This document shows, piece after piece, positions 1 to 14,556 of a stretch of DNA of 64,000 nucleotides (position 1 is its first letter; each line of letters starts with the position of its first letter). The position numbers and the translations under genes were made by a program. This DNA is from Hemiscyllium ocellatum (taxonomy: Eukaryota). The DNA lies in NCBI RefSeq assembly GCF_020745735.1, contig NC_083435.1, positions 34,533,231 to 34,597,230 on the forward strand. The letters are read 5' to 3'. The notes beneath the pieces were generated by a model, which was not told where the DNA came from, ran no database searches, and was given only the letters and a program-made list of their open reading frames with translations.

Positions 1-89
1 TGCTTCTGCTTTAACATCAGAAACAGCAGATCACGAATTTTATATACCATATTAGGTTTCTTCATAATAATGCATAATATAACTTCAGT

Positions 90-1005
90 ACATAGGAAGT
101 GGAACAGGAGTCGGACATCTGATACAACAAACAAGCTCTGTCATTCAATAAGACCATGGTTGGACTCATCTTTTCATGGAATCAATTCTACTCACCCGGC
201 CACTACCATAACTCTTAATTCCATTACTATTCACAAATGTATCCATCTTTTCCTCAACAACTTTCAACGATGTAGCAACAGCTGCTTCACTCGGAAGGGA
301 ATTCCAAGATTCAAAACCCTCTGGGTGAAGAAGTTTTACCTCAACTCAGTCTTAAGTCTTCTCCCCCTAATTTTGATGCTATGCCCCCATTTCCAATTTC
401 ACCCTCCAGTGGAAGCAACCTCCCTGTTTCTATCTTCTCTATTTCCACCATAACGTTTATGTTTCTGTAAGATGCACTTTCATTCTTCTAAATTTCAGTC
501 AGTATAATCAAAGTCTACTCAATCTCTCCTCATAACTCAACACTTTCACCTTCGGAATCAGCCGAATGAACTTCATCTGCACCCATCCTATGACAGTACA
601 TCCTCTCTCAAGTAAGGAGACCAAAACTGTACACAGTACTCGAGATGTGGCCTCACCGTGGTATACAGCTGCAGGAAAAACTCCATAGTGTTAAACTCCA
701 CCCCTCTAGGAGTAAATGACAACATTCCATTTGCCTTCTTAATTACTGTCCCTGCAAACCAACTTATTGTGATTCATTCACACGGACCACAGAAGGACCT
801 CTGCACAGCAGCTTGCTGCAATTTTTCACCAGTAATATAATTGCAAACTGTGCTGCTCCTCATACCAAACTAGATGACCTTTCCTTTACCAACATTATAC
901 GTCATCTGCCAGATCCTTGACAACCCATTAAAATATCTATATCCCTCTGCAGGTTTTCAGTGTCCTCTGCACACTTCACTCTACCACTCATGTCAGTGTC
1001 GTCTC
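90..1005 (-). mobile_element. CR1-type LINE, 3' portion (decayed)
   Basis: Reverse strand shows CR1 RT C-terminal and 3'-end sequence; many stops. Confidence 0.8.
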
Positions 1006-4000
1006 GGGAGTATTTTAGAATTTACCCATTTTCTCTCTAACGAGAAAGGTACGAATGGGCTTGCTATCACGTTATCTACTGATACCTGATTCGTCCATTT
1101 CTCTGTGTACCAGGCTATCTATTTGCTCATTTATTTCTTGGAGCACGAATTCCTTCCCATTTAGGTTACAGCATACAAAATGGCAATAACATGTGGCACC
1201 AAAACGAAATTGGTGACCACACAATATTTTCGATATATTCAATGGCTATCGTCTCAAAAAAGTGGAATAGATGCCATGCAACGGCGAGAAGTACTTCAGA
1301 AGATACATTGCTCATGAACATACTCCACTTTCATCATTCTACTTTTTTTTCGTATTGCCACAAGGAGTGAAGAGAACTTCATTTGTTTTGGGATTCATTT
1401 TCACCAAATTCCAAACTGGCCTCCTGAATTCTTATGCTAATGTAAAAGAGTATGCACATACAATGGGTTCGCATTACACTGAGTTGTAATAAATTCTACA
1501 AGGCCCATGGGCAATCGCTAAATCATCTTCTTGTGGAGAAGATAGAACAGGAGTTCCCTTGGCACGAAGCAATGACAGACCCAGATGGAACGCATCACCC
1601 ACACTGTTTATAATGCAGACAGGGGCCTTTTGTGAAGCTAAGACTAACACATAAAAGTGAGGGATGTGGGACTAGTCGTGGCACTATTTTGCTGTGCAAC
1701 AATTTATAATATTCATTTCCAGTCGGTCATCCTGAGGTATTTCATTGCAGGCAAGAGTGAATGTACATTTCAGGCAGCCAGGCCTTTCAGTGAACGCAGG
1801 TAGACTGTGATGAGTAAATATCGGAAATACTGCTGTTCAAGAAACTGGAACATTATGATACAGGTGTGGAGAATTGGCTCCAGTACTTCAATAGAATTAA
1901 AATCTTCTTTTTTATCCAGACAAATGGAACTAGAGAATATAATAATTGAGAAACGATGCAGATGGCGCCAATAAAAAGATCATTTTTTTCCATTCTCTCC
2001 AAAAATAAATACCCTGCAAAAAAAAGAATAAAATTTTCATTTAACAACATCTTGCTAAATTGTTGGACATTTTTCTTTCCAACATAATGTAGAGATGCAA
2101 TGAGATTTCTGGACCAATCAAATTGAAGCGATCTGCCAAATTACACGTGTACATTTTTTTTGATAATTCAAATATTAGACTTCAGTCCAGTTGATTTATT
2201 CTTGTTTTGTTGTACATCCCTTTAAATGTGTGCACCATGGTTACAGCATGATACTTCCAATTTCAGAAATTCCAAGCTTTTTAAGCGAACGTATTGTACA
2301 CTCTATCAGATGTCGATATTGTTACTAATTTGTACCTTTTCTACTTAAGTTATATATTTTTATTGTGCATATGTTGGTAGCATGATTAAGCAAGTAACAG
2401 CACATGAAAAGGTAAGCTAAATCCCTCATACCGAATAATCAACAAGCAGGTAATTGTTGATAATAAAGTGCTGATTTGACCAGAAAATTTACACTCCTGT
2501 CTTTTTAACTGTTGCCAGAAATGTGAAAGTGGCTGTTTGGAAAAATCAAGGATCATTAAAAATATTAACATTTTATTCTAATGCAAGTTAATTGACAGTC
2601 GCTGTAAATGTTAATTTTCTTTTTGTCTGTTCAAACTATGGAAAAATGCATTTGCCAATGAATCAAACGGTTTGTGTAAAGGCAGATTTAACTGACAAGA
2701 GCAGCTAATTGTTTGGAGGGACCGTGACCAATATTCAATGACAAATATTCAAAGTGTCTGGCACGAATATGCAATTGGATCAAAAATGCAGAGCATTGTG
2801 TGGGAATGAATGTGAGGTCAGGAACCTCAGCTTCTTTTGAAAGAATTAACTGTCTATCTTCTCCATTAAAATGAGGAAAGCTATATCAATGCAAATTCCT
2901 CATCCTCCTCATGAGAATTACTGAAATAACCAAATTTGATTCAGCATTGCGACGTGAATAAAAGGGAGAGAGACCATGAGTATAAGGCAAGCATGAGACC
3001 GTTTTTGAAGCATCATCTTCTTTGTAGAACTGGAAGAAAAATCTCATCACATTTCTTCATAGGAATTAACACTGAAGAGCAAACAATAGCAGTTGTTGGA
3101 TAGGCAGTAATAATCTGACGACAATGAGCGAATTCATAAACGTATACTCTCTTCCCCAAGGGGAAATGCAGGAGTGGAAAGGAGTTAATGATCCAAGCAA
3201 ATGTGGGTATTTGCGAATGCCATAAAATTTCCCCTTCAGAATACAAATGAATGTCCTGAGGATAGAATTGAAAATCAGCAGCCGAGATGTTTTCTTTGTA
3301 ACAAGCAACAGAATGATAGAAACTCCCGTGAAAATCACCTAATTTATTGAAGCATGGGTTAATGATTCCAACCAGTAAATAAACTGCAACATATATTCCA
3401 TGTATTAAATTCGAGTTTGCATTAAAATTAAGAAAACCTAGGTAAACATTTGTGATTGCAGAATTATGTATAGTGGATGAGAGATTAGAAGAGTTTTTGT
3501 CTGAAAGGAAGATAATCGTTTATACTCTAAAAGGGACATTCATGAGCTTATATTACTAAGGGATAAATGGTCTAATCAAACATTTGCGGATGAGTACTTA
3601 GTTTTCCCTCCAGTGAATTGAATAACTGTTGGTAAATTGTACACTGGATTCAAATCCTTGAAGATTAGTTGTAATGTCACGTTTTAAGAGAAAAAAAAAT
3701 CAGCGTTAATGGTAGTCAGTATAGTTTAAAAATAGCGATTGAGGGAATCGATTTTCACCTGGGAATATGGCAAGTGTAAAAATAGCTTCTATAATCATGA
3801 AAAGTCTACATGAAATAATGGAGACAGAAAAATTTCAGGAATATTTTTGTTGTCTTTTTTCTCCTTATGTAATGGTAAGAACAAGGGGAAGACAAAGTTT
3901 ATCAACAGCGGGTGTTTACATAATGAAACTCCTTGTTCAGTATTAGGATAATTCCAAAGAAGTGTTGCACATATCTTTCTTAATTGAAGGTCAGACAGCA

Positions 4001-4787
4001 AATCCAAACCGCTTAACACTGACAGCTGCTAAGTAACTACGATTGAATGAGTTTCAAAATGATATCAACTTAAAAGATGAGTTCTACCAATGAAGAGTAT
4101 AAATCCGGTCAGACCTCCCAATGATAATCGCACCTTTGTTGATTAAATACCTCTATCTCATTATAAGGCACTGTCAGTATCATATGAACGGCCTTTGGAA
4201 TGTCATAAAGAATGAAGAAAGCACTACCATTGAGCACTTCAATGACACAAGAATTTCATGTCTGATAATTCATAAAGAACTCATCACATCTGTAAACCTT
4301 TACAGTCATGTCAGTTCCGAAGAAAAGTTGAACAGGTACCCAAACTAACAGCTCAGAAAAACATGATAGTTTCTGGAGAATCTGAAGGGAAGATTTCTAG
4401 AGGTATCATTGCCGTGAAAAAGATAACAATCAGCATCTGCATCAAATGGTACCAATAGTGGAAAATGATAAAAACAAAAAGAGCGAGGTACAAGGGCAAA
4501 TAAGTGTCGAATTGAACTTAGCCTCGGTATCATAAATTTACATGGACGAGCAGACATTATAGTTTTGTTTGAAGGTGTCCCCGAGTCATGATCTTGTTAT
4601 ATAGTCAAAACAGTAAAAGTTAATCTGTCGAGATATTATTACATTAGCTCGATATGATGTCGATGTCAAAACATCAGGACCTTTTTTTATTCTTTTCGGT
4701 TGAGTGCAGAATGCAAGTTCGACTGGAAAGGCAAATTCAATTACTCGGTAAGAAAATGAAAGACTCTTCATCAAAGAGACGGTTTTA

Positions 4788-5697
4788 TCATCGTATATAT
4801 TCGATAAACATTAGAATTAAAGTCAAACGATACTTCACCATAATCATTAACTCTGTTCTGAATTTTATCTGTGCAACTGCATCAAAAAATGAATTTTTAC
4901 ACGAGCTGCGAAGCTGCAGAATGCACCCAATCTGTTGCATCACGACAAGAGGGTGACTAGTGTTTATAAAAAATGTTGAGCATCGGTGCATTTTACGCAC
5001 ATATAATTAATAATGGCGACCATCCAAAGCAATATAAACTCACCGCTATAGCCACAAGCAAAATGATGCTTTTTCGTCTGTTCTGATCCTCGAAATTATT
5101 TTGATGCTTACCTTTTTTTTCCCTCGCAGGCCCTTGCGAATTCCACTTGCCATTGTTATGTAACTAATTGCCAAAGCATTAACGATAAGCATTGAAAAAA
5201 ATGGTACGAATGGATTTAAAACACTGTCTATCCACGAATATGTCACCCGTGCATGTACAGTATCAAAACATGATTTCAACTTAATGTACCACCATACACC
5301 ATTAACTATTTCCCCTGGTTTAAATTCAAACAATACAAGAATACTTTCTAAAATGCTCAACATACACACTGTTGCACAATTATGGAAGCCACTGTTTCAG
5401 TGCAATATTTTAATCTAAATCTCTGGCAACAAATGGCTACAAATCGACCACAGGTAGAAGAAACAATTAACCAAACAGAACGGTCAATAGCTGCAAAATC
5501 AAGAATGTGCGTTAGGTTGCAAACTCTCTTGAATTTTAGGAAGGAATTTGGGAAATACGTTTCGTTGAGCTCATAAAGTATTACATTGAATATCAGGACA
5601 AGTAGATCTGTTATTGCCATAGATATCATGTGTCGAACGATGCAGGAGGAGAGGCCACACTTTCCATTTGATAGTGTGAAGATCGTCAATAGATTAG
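4788..5697 (-). pseudogene. GPR139-like (class A orphan GPCR) pseudogene, large coding exon 2
   Basis: Acceptor ttctttccacag ends at 5698, then phase-1 (A)NLLTIFTLSNGKCGLSSCIVRHMISMAITDLLV, ...GRFVAICCQRFRLKYCT, ...NRRKSIILL, ...AVAQIKFR. Pieces lie in different frames (ORFs 5357-5689, 5046-5369, 4788-5000), so there are several frameshifts. Colinear with the copy at 62278-63165. Exon 1 not found. Confidence 0.9.
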
Positions 5698-6409
5698 CTG
5701 TGGAAAGAAGAAATCAATCACCTTATTTCTGCACAAATCAAAATTTAGAATGCTGCAAAACTCTTTTTTTTCGAAAAGAGCAATATTGCTGCCTGTTCCT
5801 TTATTTTTAAAAGTTTTGCATCCATTCTTCATGATACAGATAGCAACCTTTGAAATAGTTCTGGAATGTTTGTCAACACGAAATTCCACATATTTCCTTT
5901 GTTTATTCTACTCGCAGATTGGCTTTGTTTAAATAATCATTTCAGTGGAAATATTGAAAGTATTGCAAGTTAAAGTACACCCAAAATTTATTCCGCTTTT
6001 ATTCCTCCACATATTAGGCCAGTACGACTGGTTGCTCACAAATTCTATCAAAAATACGTAAACTGCAAACTGGCATTGAGATGCCTCAGCAACTTAATTT
6101 CAAGTTGTTTTCCATGTTGTTTTAGAAACCTAGTATAACCATCGAGCCTATGCAGGAATTTCAGTATCCACTTTGAAAGTTCCCTCAATAGAGCAAAAGC
6201 TTGCTAAAAAATTGTAGACTATCTGGACTGATGCGAAGTGAATTCCTGATGTATGCAATAATATCTGAATGGACCAGAGAAAATCTTGTCGCATTATAGG
6301 ATGCAGTAAAAAGATAATAAGACAACTATAGTAAAACAGATCAAATACCCTCGGTACATTGCACAAGTAGAATTTTTAAAAATACCTCAATTAAACAGGA
6401 TCTTAATTA

Positions 6410-8020
6410 GAGTCATAGTCATAGAGATTTACAGCACGGAAACAGACCCTTGGGTCCAAATAGTCCATGCCAACTAGATACCACAACTCAATCTAGTCCC
6501 TTCTACCGGCACCTAGACAATATCCCTCCAAAATCTTCCTATTCATATATCCAATCAGACGCCTTTCAAATGTTGCAATTGTACCTGCCTCTGCCACTTC
6601 CTCTGGAAGCTCTTTCCACACGTGCACCACCCTCTACGTAAAAAAGTTGCCACTTAGCTCTCTTTTATTTTTTTCCTACTCACCCTAAACCAATGCACTC
6701 TAGCTCAGGACTCCCCAAACCCATGGAAAAGATTTTATCTATTTATCCTATCCATGCCCCTCATGATTTTATAAAACTCTATAAGGTCAACCTTCAGCCT
6801 CCGATGATCCAGGAAAAACAGCCCCAGCATATTCAACCTCTCCAGATCGCTCAAATCCTCCAACCTTATCGACAATCTAGCAAATCTTTTCTGAGAATTC
6901 TGAAAAATAACCCTCCACCACCACCGTCTCTCTTCGACCTTTGAGCCAGTTCTGTGTCCAAATGGTTAGTTCTCCCTATATTCCATGCGATCTAACATTG
7001 AAAATCTGTCTTCCATGGGGAAACTTGTCTAATGCCTTACTGCAGTCCACATAGTTCACGTGTACCTTTCTGCCCTCATCAAACCTCTTTGGTACTTCTT
7101 CAAAACACTCAATCAATTTTCTGAGATTTCACACACAAAGCCATATTGACTATCACTAAGCAGTCCTTGCCTTGCCAGATACATGTACATCTTGTCCCTC
7201 AGGATTGCCTCCAACAACTTGACTACCACCGACATCAGGCTCACTGGTCCCTAGTTCCCTGGCTTGTCCTTATCACCTTTCCTAAATCGTGGCACCACAT
7301 TAGCCAAGTTTCGGTTTTTGGCACCTCCCCTATATCTATCGATGATACAAATATCTCATCAAGAGGCCCTGCTATCACTTCCCTTGCTTCCCACAGAGTT
7401 TGACAGTACGACGGATTAGGTCCTGTGGATTTAACCAATTTTGTCATTTATAGACATCCAGCTCTTCCACCTCTATCATATGGACATTTTTCAACATTTC
7501 ACTCTATTTCCCGACATTCTCACTCTTCCATGTACTTTTTCACAGTAAACACTGAAGCAAAATACTCGGTTAGTAACTCTGCCATCTCCTGCAGCTCCAC
7601 AAAAGTTCTTGCATATCTTTGAGGAGTTCGACTCTCTCCTAGTGATCCCTTTGTCCTTAATGTATTTGTAAAAACGTTTTGGATTCTCCTTCATACCATT
7701 TGCCCAGGCTATCTCTCTTAAAATATTCCTAATGCTGTTATACACTTCTAACGATTCACTTGATCTACCCTCTCCAGACCTGACATATGCTTCCTTTCTG
7801 AAATAAGTCCTCAATTTTCTTAGTCATCTAGCATTCCGTACATATACCAGTCTTTCCTTTCACCCTAGCTTTATGTCGACTCTAGTTATTTCATTTCTGA
7901 AGGCTTCGGATTTTCCAGTTGTCCCATTACCTGTGAATATCCTCCCCCAATCAGCTTTTGTAGCTTCTTGCCTAATACCATAAAAAATTGGCCATTCTCC
8001 AGTTTAGAACTTCAACTTTT
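6410..8020 (-). mobile_element. CR1-type LINE (3' end with (GACTAT)n-like tail plus RT fragments)
   Basis: Tail reads gtcatagtcatagag on +; ORF 7491-7814(-) has NPKRFYKYIK, typical of CR1 ORF2. Confidence 0.85.
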
Positions 8021-8029
8021 AGATTAGAT

Positions 8030-8270
8030 TAGATTCCCTACAGTGTGGAAACAGACCCGTTGGCCCAAGAAACCCACACCGACCCTCTGAAGAGTAACCC
8101 ACCCAGACCCATTTCCCTCTGACTAACATGCCTCACATTATGGGCAATTTTAGCATTATCAATTCACCTGACCTGCACATCTTTGGACTGTGGGAGGAAA
8201 CCGAAGCAGCCGGAGCAAACCCACGCTGACATGGGGAGAATGTGAAGACTCCACATAGACAAACTCTCAC
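8030..8270 (-). mobile_element. HE1-type SINE, partial
   Basis: Matches the body and (TAATC)n tail of the full copies at 15238-15541 and 57720-58035. Confidence 0.8.
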
Positions 8271-10924
8271 ATCCAACAAGAACAGCATATTACTCTATCG
8301 AGTACCATTTTTCCTTCTTCTAATTTGCAGACTCTGAAAATATCGCCATCTTATTCCTCGACCAAACACTGATCCCAGCTAACTCATTACTTATGGCTTA
8401 TATTTTTACGCTAATCAAGAGATACATCTCAATAAAACATATAATGAAGAAGTACTCGACTTTATTCACTACCGCAGACTTTCAGCAAGGCCCCGCGGCC
8501 ACACTTAAAGCTACTCACTTATCTGTCTCTGCACTTTGACCTTTCCTAAATAGGTTCCTCCAAAATCAGTTGTGAATTTCACTGTTTGTTAATGTTTCCA
8601 GATGCTCTCCGATGTCTAGCAATACATGAATTCAATAGCAAAGGCATTGACTGTGCATGTTCATAGCTGTGTCAGTTAGCAATGTGAGTTCGTTCTCTCT
8701 CCCTTTCTGTCTCTTCTGCACTGACCTCACCATGTGCTGCCTTTGTCATTTTCTCTGCCTTTTCGAAGAGCTGTTGATTTAAACTTTTTTTCCAAACTTT
8801 GAAAACAATACAACATCGTATAAAACAGTATTTGCTGTTCCTCAAATTCGTGGAAATCACCTCAAACACCGAAAATACCTCAAGAAAGGAACAGCCTGTT
8901 ACAACCAAAATCAATTATAATGAAGTAATATTTCATATCCATTTAACTGTAACTTTCCCAGTTCAGCATGTTGATGATGGTGTATTGATGATTTTCTTGG
9001 GGAGCAAACCAAAAATCTCAAGTTAGTATTATGCAGCAATGGGCTCAAATGCCAGCATGGCTGTCATTTAAATTCGAATTCAATTTTTAAAAATGGGCTC
9101 TAAAGTAAATAGAGAGCTTTATGGTGGCTGTGTAACCACTTTTCAAAGTTGCACAAAATGCTTTGGTTCATTGATGAACTTGAGTGAGTGAAATTGATGA
9201 TCTTTAACTGGTGTCGAGCAACTGTGACTTCAGATGCAAAGGACTGTATTTTTTCCTTAATCATCCTGTGGATACGTAAAGATGCTATCCTATTCATGAA
9301 CTCTCAAGACTATGAATATGTCTAAATTTCTCCCGACTATTCATTTGACATTGGGAAGTATGGCAATCAGAAGGGCTTCTGGATGGAATACCCCCAGAAA
9401 ACTCCAAACATTGTTGTCAAATTCGACATGATCGTACATCATATTTATTACATCATATAACATGATTAAAGCCAAAAGACGAACGTTGTTGACTCAAATG
9501 GAACAAAATGTTGACGCCTTTCTAAATGAAAATGTTGCATAAAACTCATCGAATCTCTCGAGTGTGGAAATAGGTCACGGCCCATCAAGTCCACGCGGAC
9601 CTTCTGAAGAACAGCACACCCAGACCCGCTGTCCTGTGCTGCACAAAAATGTTACATCAAGTAATTAGTTCTACAAAAAAAATCATTTTTATTCGCAGCA
9701 CCCTAATGTGTACCATTGAAAACAAAGGAACAATCTCCATAGAAAAGACCAACTTTACCATGTTAGTTCTCACATTTTCGTTATACATTTTAAAAAGTGA
9801 AATGAATTTCATTGAAACACCGTCTTAAAATGGCAAGAGGAGTAAAGTTTACAATTTTTTTTAAAAAACAGAGAATGACTGATCTTCGAACCACAATAAA
9901 TTACTACTTGTTTAGTTTTAATTTCTGTGTTCGTGCATTCTATGAAAGATAAATCTGACGTCAAAGGCAATAGCTCATGTGTTATATGAAAAGAAGGCTA
10001 AAATATAAGGCATGACGACAGAGGTAATAACATCGTCAGCTTAGCCTGGATTCCAAGGCTTCAAAAGAAATGGAAAACCTGAATTGAAAACATTGAAATA
10101 ATGAACAGCAATTCCCTTCTTTCAGAGAAAATGGATCATATTCAAATTGGAGGTTCTCTGCTTCTACCTCACAGCTCACCCGGCAGAGAACATAGCAATG
10201 TTTTATTTGTCGAGTTTAATTTATTGTTTACTTGAAATAAAACAACTAATCCGTCTACTTCAATTTTAAAATAATTTCTGACGGCAGGAAAAATGTCAGG
10301 TGATTTTTTTAAAAAAAGCGTTTGATGCAAATTTACATTCGTAAGCAACTATTTGGTGTGGGAAATCCAGTAATATGGAGAAAGCTCCGTGTTTCTTGTT
10401 TATGATTTAGGATTTCACCTGAAATATAATAGCTAAACATGTCACAACATTTCAAATGGGAAACGAGCACAATTTGTTCTACTTTTATGACAGCATGCAC
10501 ATCAGAAAATGGAATGGAAATTCAGCATTTTCTGATGAATGGAAAATTGATGGACTGGCAAGTCGAAAGTCTGCCAATAATATTTTTGTTTTGTATCCAA
10601 GCAGAATGACGCAGATCGGATAATTATGTCAAATAAAATGCAACATATTGCATTCCAATTAAACATAAACTGAGTGTGGAATCTTTTGCTTCAACAGTGA
10701 ATATTTGGTGGCGATTCAGGAAATGAATGATAAGCATCAATAAATCTCTGCCGAACATATCATTAGAAAATTACTTCTTGTTTTACCATCACATTGCACG
10801 AATGAAACTGTCACTTTAGATATCAACTTGTCAAATTAAAAAAAAGTACATCAAAGATTTTTTTTCTTCTAGTCTTCCTTGAAGCGCATGTAAAGTAAAA
10901 TCAAAGTTAGTACAAACCTAATGT

Positions 10925-11110
10925 ATCTTATGGACGAGACCAAACCCCCTCAAAACATGCCAAGGAGATAGCCAAGACTCTATTTCTCTTGTGTTGTTAA
11001 TTCCAGGTGTTGCCATCTACATGCAACTCGATTAGTTTTGCACCTACCAGTCTTGACCATTATTTATACGCTCGAGTTAAAATACAACAAAAGAAACATG
11101 GATTGATATA
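10925..11110 (+). mobile_element. Possible LTR fragment
   Basis: Resembles a shark Gypsy-type LTR start from memory (ttatggacgagaccaaaccccctcaaaa). No partner LTR in the window. Confidence 0.25.
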
Positions 11111-12839
11111 ACATAACAATATTGAAGAGTTGTAGTGGTGGCCCGTACCTGCTTATACGAAAATGGCTCTTTACTGCTTACACAAAATGATTGACGAAAC
11201 ATAAGCAAAATTTAAAAACCTGCATATACAGTGAATAATGATTGTACTTTTGAACAGAGCTATTCTAAGATAATTGAAGGGGGCTTGTGAGCAACCATTC
11301 GAGTCAGATTTTATAGGTCAATGCCGAAAGGCAGACAATCAATAGATCCCAGCCTCATTAAGGAAATCATGATTGTCTCAGTAATCAAATAGCACCAGAT
11401 GCGAGTCTCAGCCCATGAACGAACCAAATGGACTTCCTCAGCACATCAAACACAACAGTTCAATTAATTTATGTAAATAGTTGTTTCTTTGAATTTAATC
11501 GCAATATTAAGAACCTTGTTCCAGTTAAAAACTCTTCAGACAATCATAGGGATAAGTTTCACCATAAGCACAGATGCCCATATATCCAAATTGAAATAGA
11601 AGCACTTGGAAAAAATACTTAGATTTGAAATGTAATTTGCCTCTGTTTCTCCGATCTCTAAAAATGCCCAGTCTGATATTGATTAAACACAACTTATTAA
11701 TCACAAAGCACGAACTGTAGAAGCAGCTATGCATATAAAAACTTTATAACAGAAATCAACATTACAAATCTTATAGAAAGTAGTTAAAAAAAGAAGGCGT
11801 ATTTGTCTATTTTTGCATTTATAATTAGAATAGTGAAAAATGAAATGAGTAACAGCATTTGAGCTGTCTTTAGAGATCAGCAAGCCTGAGACATGTCTGA
11901 AGGTGTATAGTGAGTAACTTTGGAATCAAATGAATGGGATGCATAGGAAGATCCAAAGACCGAAAGATTAAGATATCTGTAAAACTCCATGAGGCCACGG
12001 GAACCTGGAGGTTGTCCAGAGGAATGTCCATTATGTGTTTTTTTAACGAATTGGATGGACGCAATTTATGATATGGATATGACTATGCTGTATTTGATTT
12101 TTGAAACACAGATTGTATAAAAAATGTTGAATTTCCCTGTACAAATCAGAATTTGTCATTGATCTCTCTTCCGATTTTAAGCCAAAATTAAGAGAGAAAA
12201 TGCTTTCTCACGTCGATGGGGTACGCTGCTTCAAGAATTTACTGGAATAATAGATTATTTAACCACTAAGCAGCAACTGCTACAATTTCGTAATATTCTA
12301 TGAACAAAACTTTGGCAAAGGCAAATTCAGTATAATACATTACCTCACATACAATTCGAGCAGAAAAAACGCAGTCCCAACATTTTTGCCTGAAGCAAGA
12401 GAGGAATAACAGCTCCTGAATCCATCTTCAAAACCCCAACCACTGCTGAACATCAAATTACAAATCGTAGTTCATTGGAAGCTGGAGCCTACTCATTCAG
12501 GTTGTGACTATATTTCCAACTTTACGAATAAAAAAAACCTCACAAGTTGTTCACTTTATTGGCTTTGAACAGAATGCTCAGTATCTCTGTCTCAACCTCA
12601 GTCAAGCATCTTAAAGTCACTGCATCGTCACATCTACGCAATAAAAGAAAAGAACCATTAATATACAAAACGGCTTCATTTTTGAAAAAGAATTAGTTTT
12701 ATACTAATACGACACAGCAATACTTATACACCAAATGGATTCTAATATGCAAACATTCGCTACTACAATCCATTTTATTCTGTTTTTGTATCATCACGTT
12801 CCTTCCTCAAAGTCGCAGCAACATATTGATAGTTACGTT

Positions 12840-14420
12840 CTTTCATCCTGTCACAAGTTTAACTTTCAAATAGAATGTCTGTAATAATAATCTCCATCTG
12901 AAGAGTCGATCATTTTTAGCCTCTTTTTCCATAAAAAACTTTAACTCTTTACTGACAGTTGATACAATTGTCTCAGACTTCTTACAGCAAATATAAATAT
13001 TGGAATGATAAAATGCAAACACCAAACCCAAAATCGCCTTTCCAATTGTGGAATATTTCAGTTGATTACAATTCAATTTGCTGAAAGAAGAATCCAATCG
13101 GTCTTTTTAATTTCTTCTTGCAAGAGACCAGCAACTTCACCCAAGTCATTTGCAGCAACGACCACATTGAATGGCATTATGTAATTAGGTATGACTAACA
13201 CTGGAACAGTGGCTAACACAGCTTCCAGGCAACAAATGTCTTTGACATTGCTGTGCCTGCTAAGATTTGTGCTCTTCTGCAACAAGTCAGCTAGTGAGCG
13301 GCCACACTTCTAAAATTCGGATAAACCCACACAGTCCCAGGAATCGCAATTTTCTCTTCATCAATGCGATATGATGCTCCATAATAACCTTTATTGTCAA
13401 ATCCTATGGAGTCACTTGTCCATTTTCAATGACAGAACTCGTGACTTGAGTTTTTGTGAACTCACTCTTAGCAAGGTTTAACAACAAGCCTACTTCTCAA
13501 CTCTAATCAATTCCCAAATAATTCACATATGTGCTTCAAATGTTTCTGCCATGAACGACTAAAAATCAGCATATCATCGACGCACACCATGCAGTTAGCT
13601 AAATCGAAATTCACTTTAGTATTTAAATCTTTGAAACGTAGCTGGCTCAGTTTTCCTAACAAATGGCATGACGATAAATTGATGCAGACCATTCGGTATC
13701 AGGAAGGCTGAAATAACCTTTGTTCTTTCAGATAAAGAAACCAGGCCGTATCTTCTGAATAAGTTCATCCTTGAAATCAATGTACCTTGTCGAACTTTCT
13801 AAATAGAGTCATCCAAACATTGAGAAGGATATGAATCAGATTTTGTAATGTCAGTCACTTTGCGATAGTCCACACATGATTAATTGATGTCAGTTGGTTT
13901 CAGCAATTTTATATTGGGTGAGATCCAGTTGCTGCAACTCATTCCGATTATATTGTCTTTGACCATGCAACTAATCTCCTTTTGTACCTGTGCGAATTTT
14001 GGAAGTTTATGTCCATAAACATGTTGCTTATTTGGAACAGCATTTCCTGTATGTCCATCACGCATCATAAGATTTGCACTTCGAAGCTAAATTCAACATA
14101 TATCCCCATTTGATTGTAATACCACTTCCAGGTCCTTTCGATGTTCCTCTGGAAAGTAATCAAATAATCTATGAAATGAGAACTTAATCATTGTCCAATT
14201 ACTCTGAGAGATGTTCAATTTGGAATTATCTGATCTTGGTTCGTCACTCTGTGTTACAACTAATAACAGATTATCTTTTCCTTTCTTCTCCTATTTTAAT
14301 GGAAAATTAACAAATTTAATATTCACAGTGAAATCTGAAAGGGAATGCTTTGCTAAATTTAATACTTTTATGAACTTTGCAAACGCTTTGCTGAATTCTG
14401 CAATCGAGGAGACAGCTCGT
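12840..14420 (-). mobile_element. Ty3/Gypsy LTR-retrotransposon pol remnant (RT-RNase H)
   Basis: Minus-strand fragments: PNKQHVYG (PIKQHPYR-like), CMVCVDDMLIFSRSWQKHL (YxDD region), VLATVPVLVIPNY, YSTIGKAILGLVFAF (RNase H). Heavily frameshifted. Confidence 0.85.
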
Positions 14421-14556
14421 TTTTGCTGAACTTTGCAAACATTCAACCCCAGCCTTGCGAGCAGTCGAATTCAGGAAAAAAAAAGTCAAAGGGAAAAAGA
14501 TAACTGGACCGCGAGAGAGAGAGAGAGCATTGAATAATTTTCCAGTAACGCTAAAA

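Noticed and set aside
2700-4560. Hints of a class C GPCR (V2R/T1R): GICIDIAF near 2890(-), YDTEAKF near 4525(-)
   Set aside because: The matches are very short and in the wrong order for one gene on that strand.
6148-6366. ORF with FYYSCLIIF as possible exon 1 of the minus-strand GPCR pseudogene
   Set aside because: No GVP-G|GT donor and only superficial similarity to YYPILAIIGVP.
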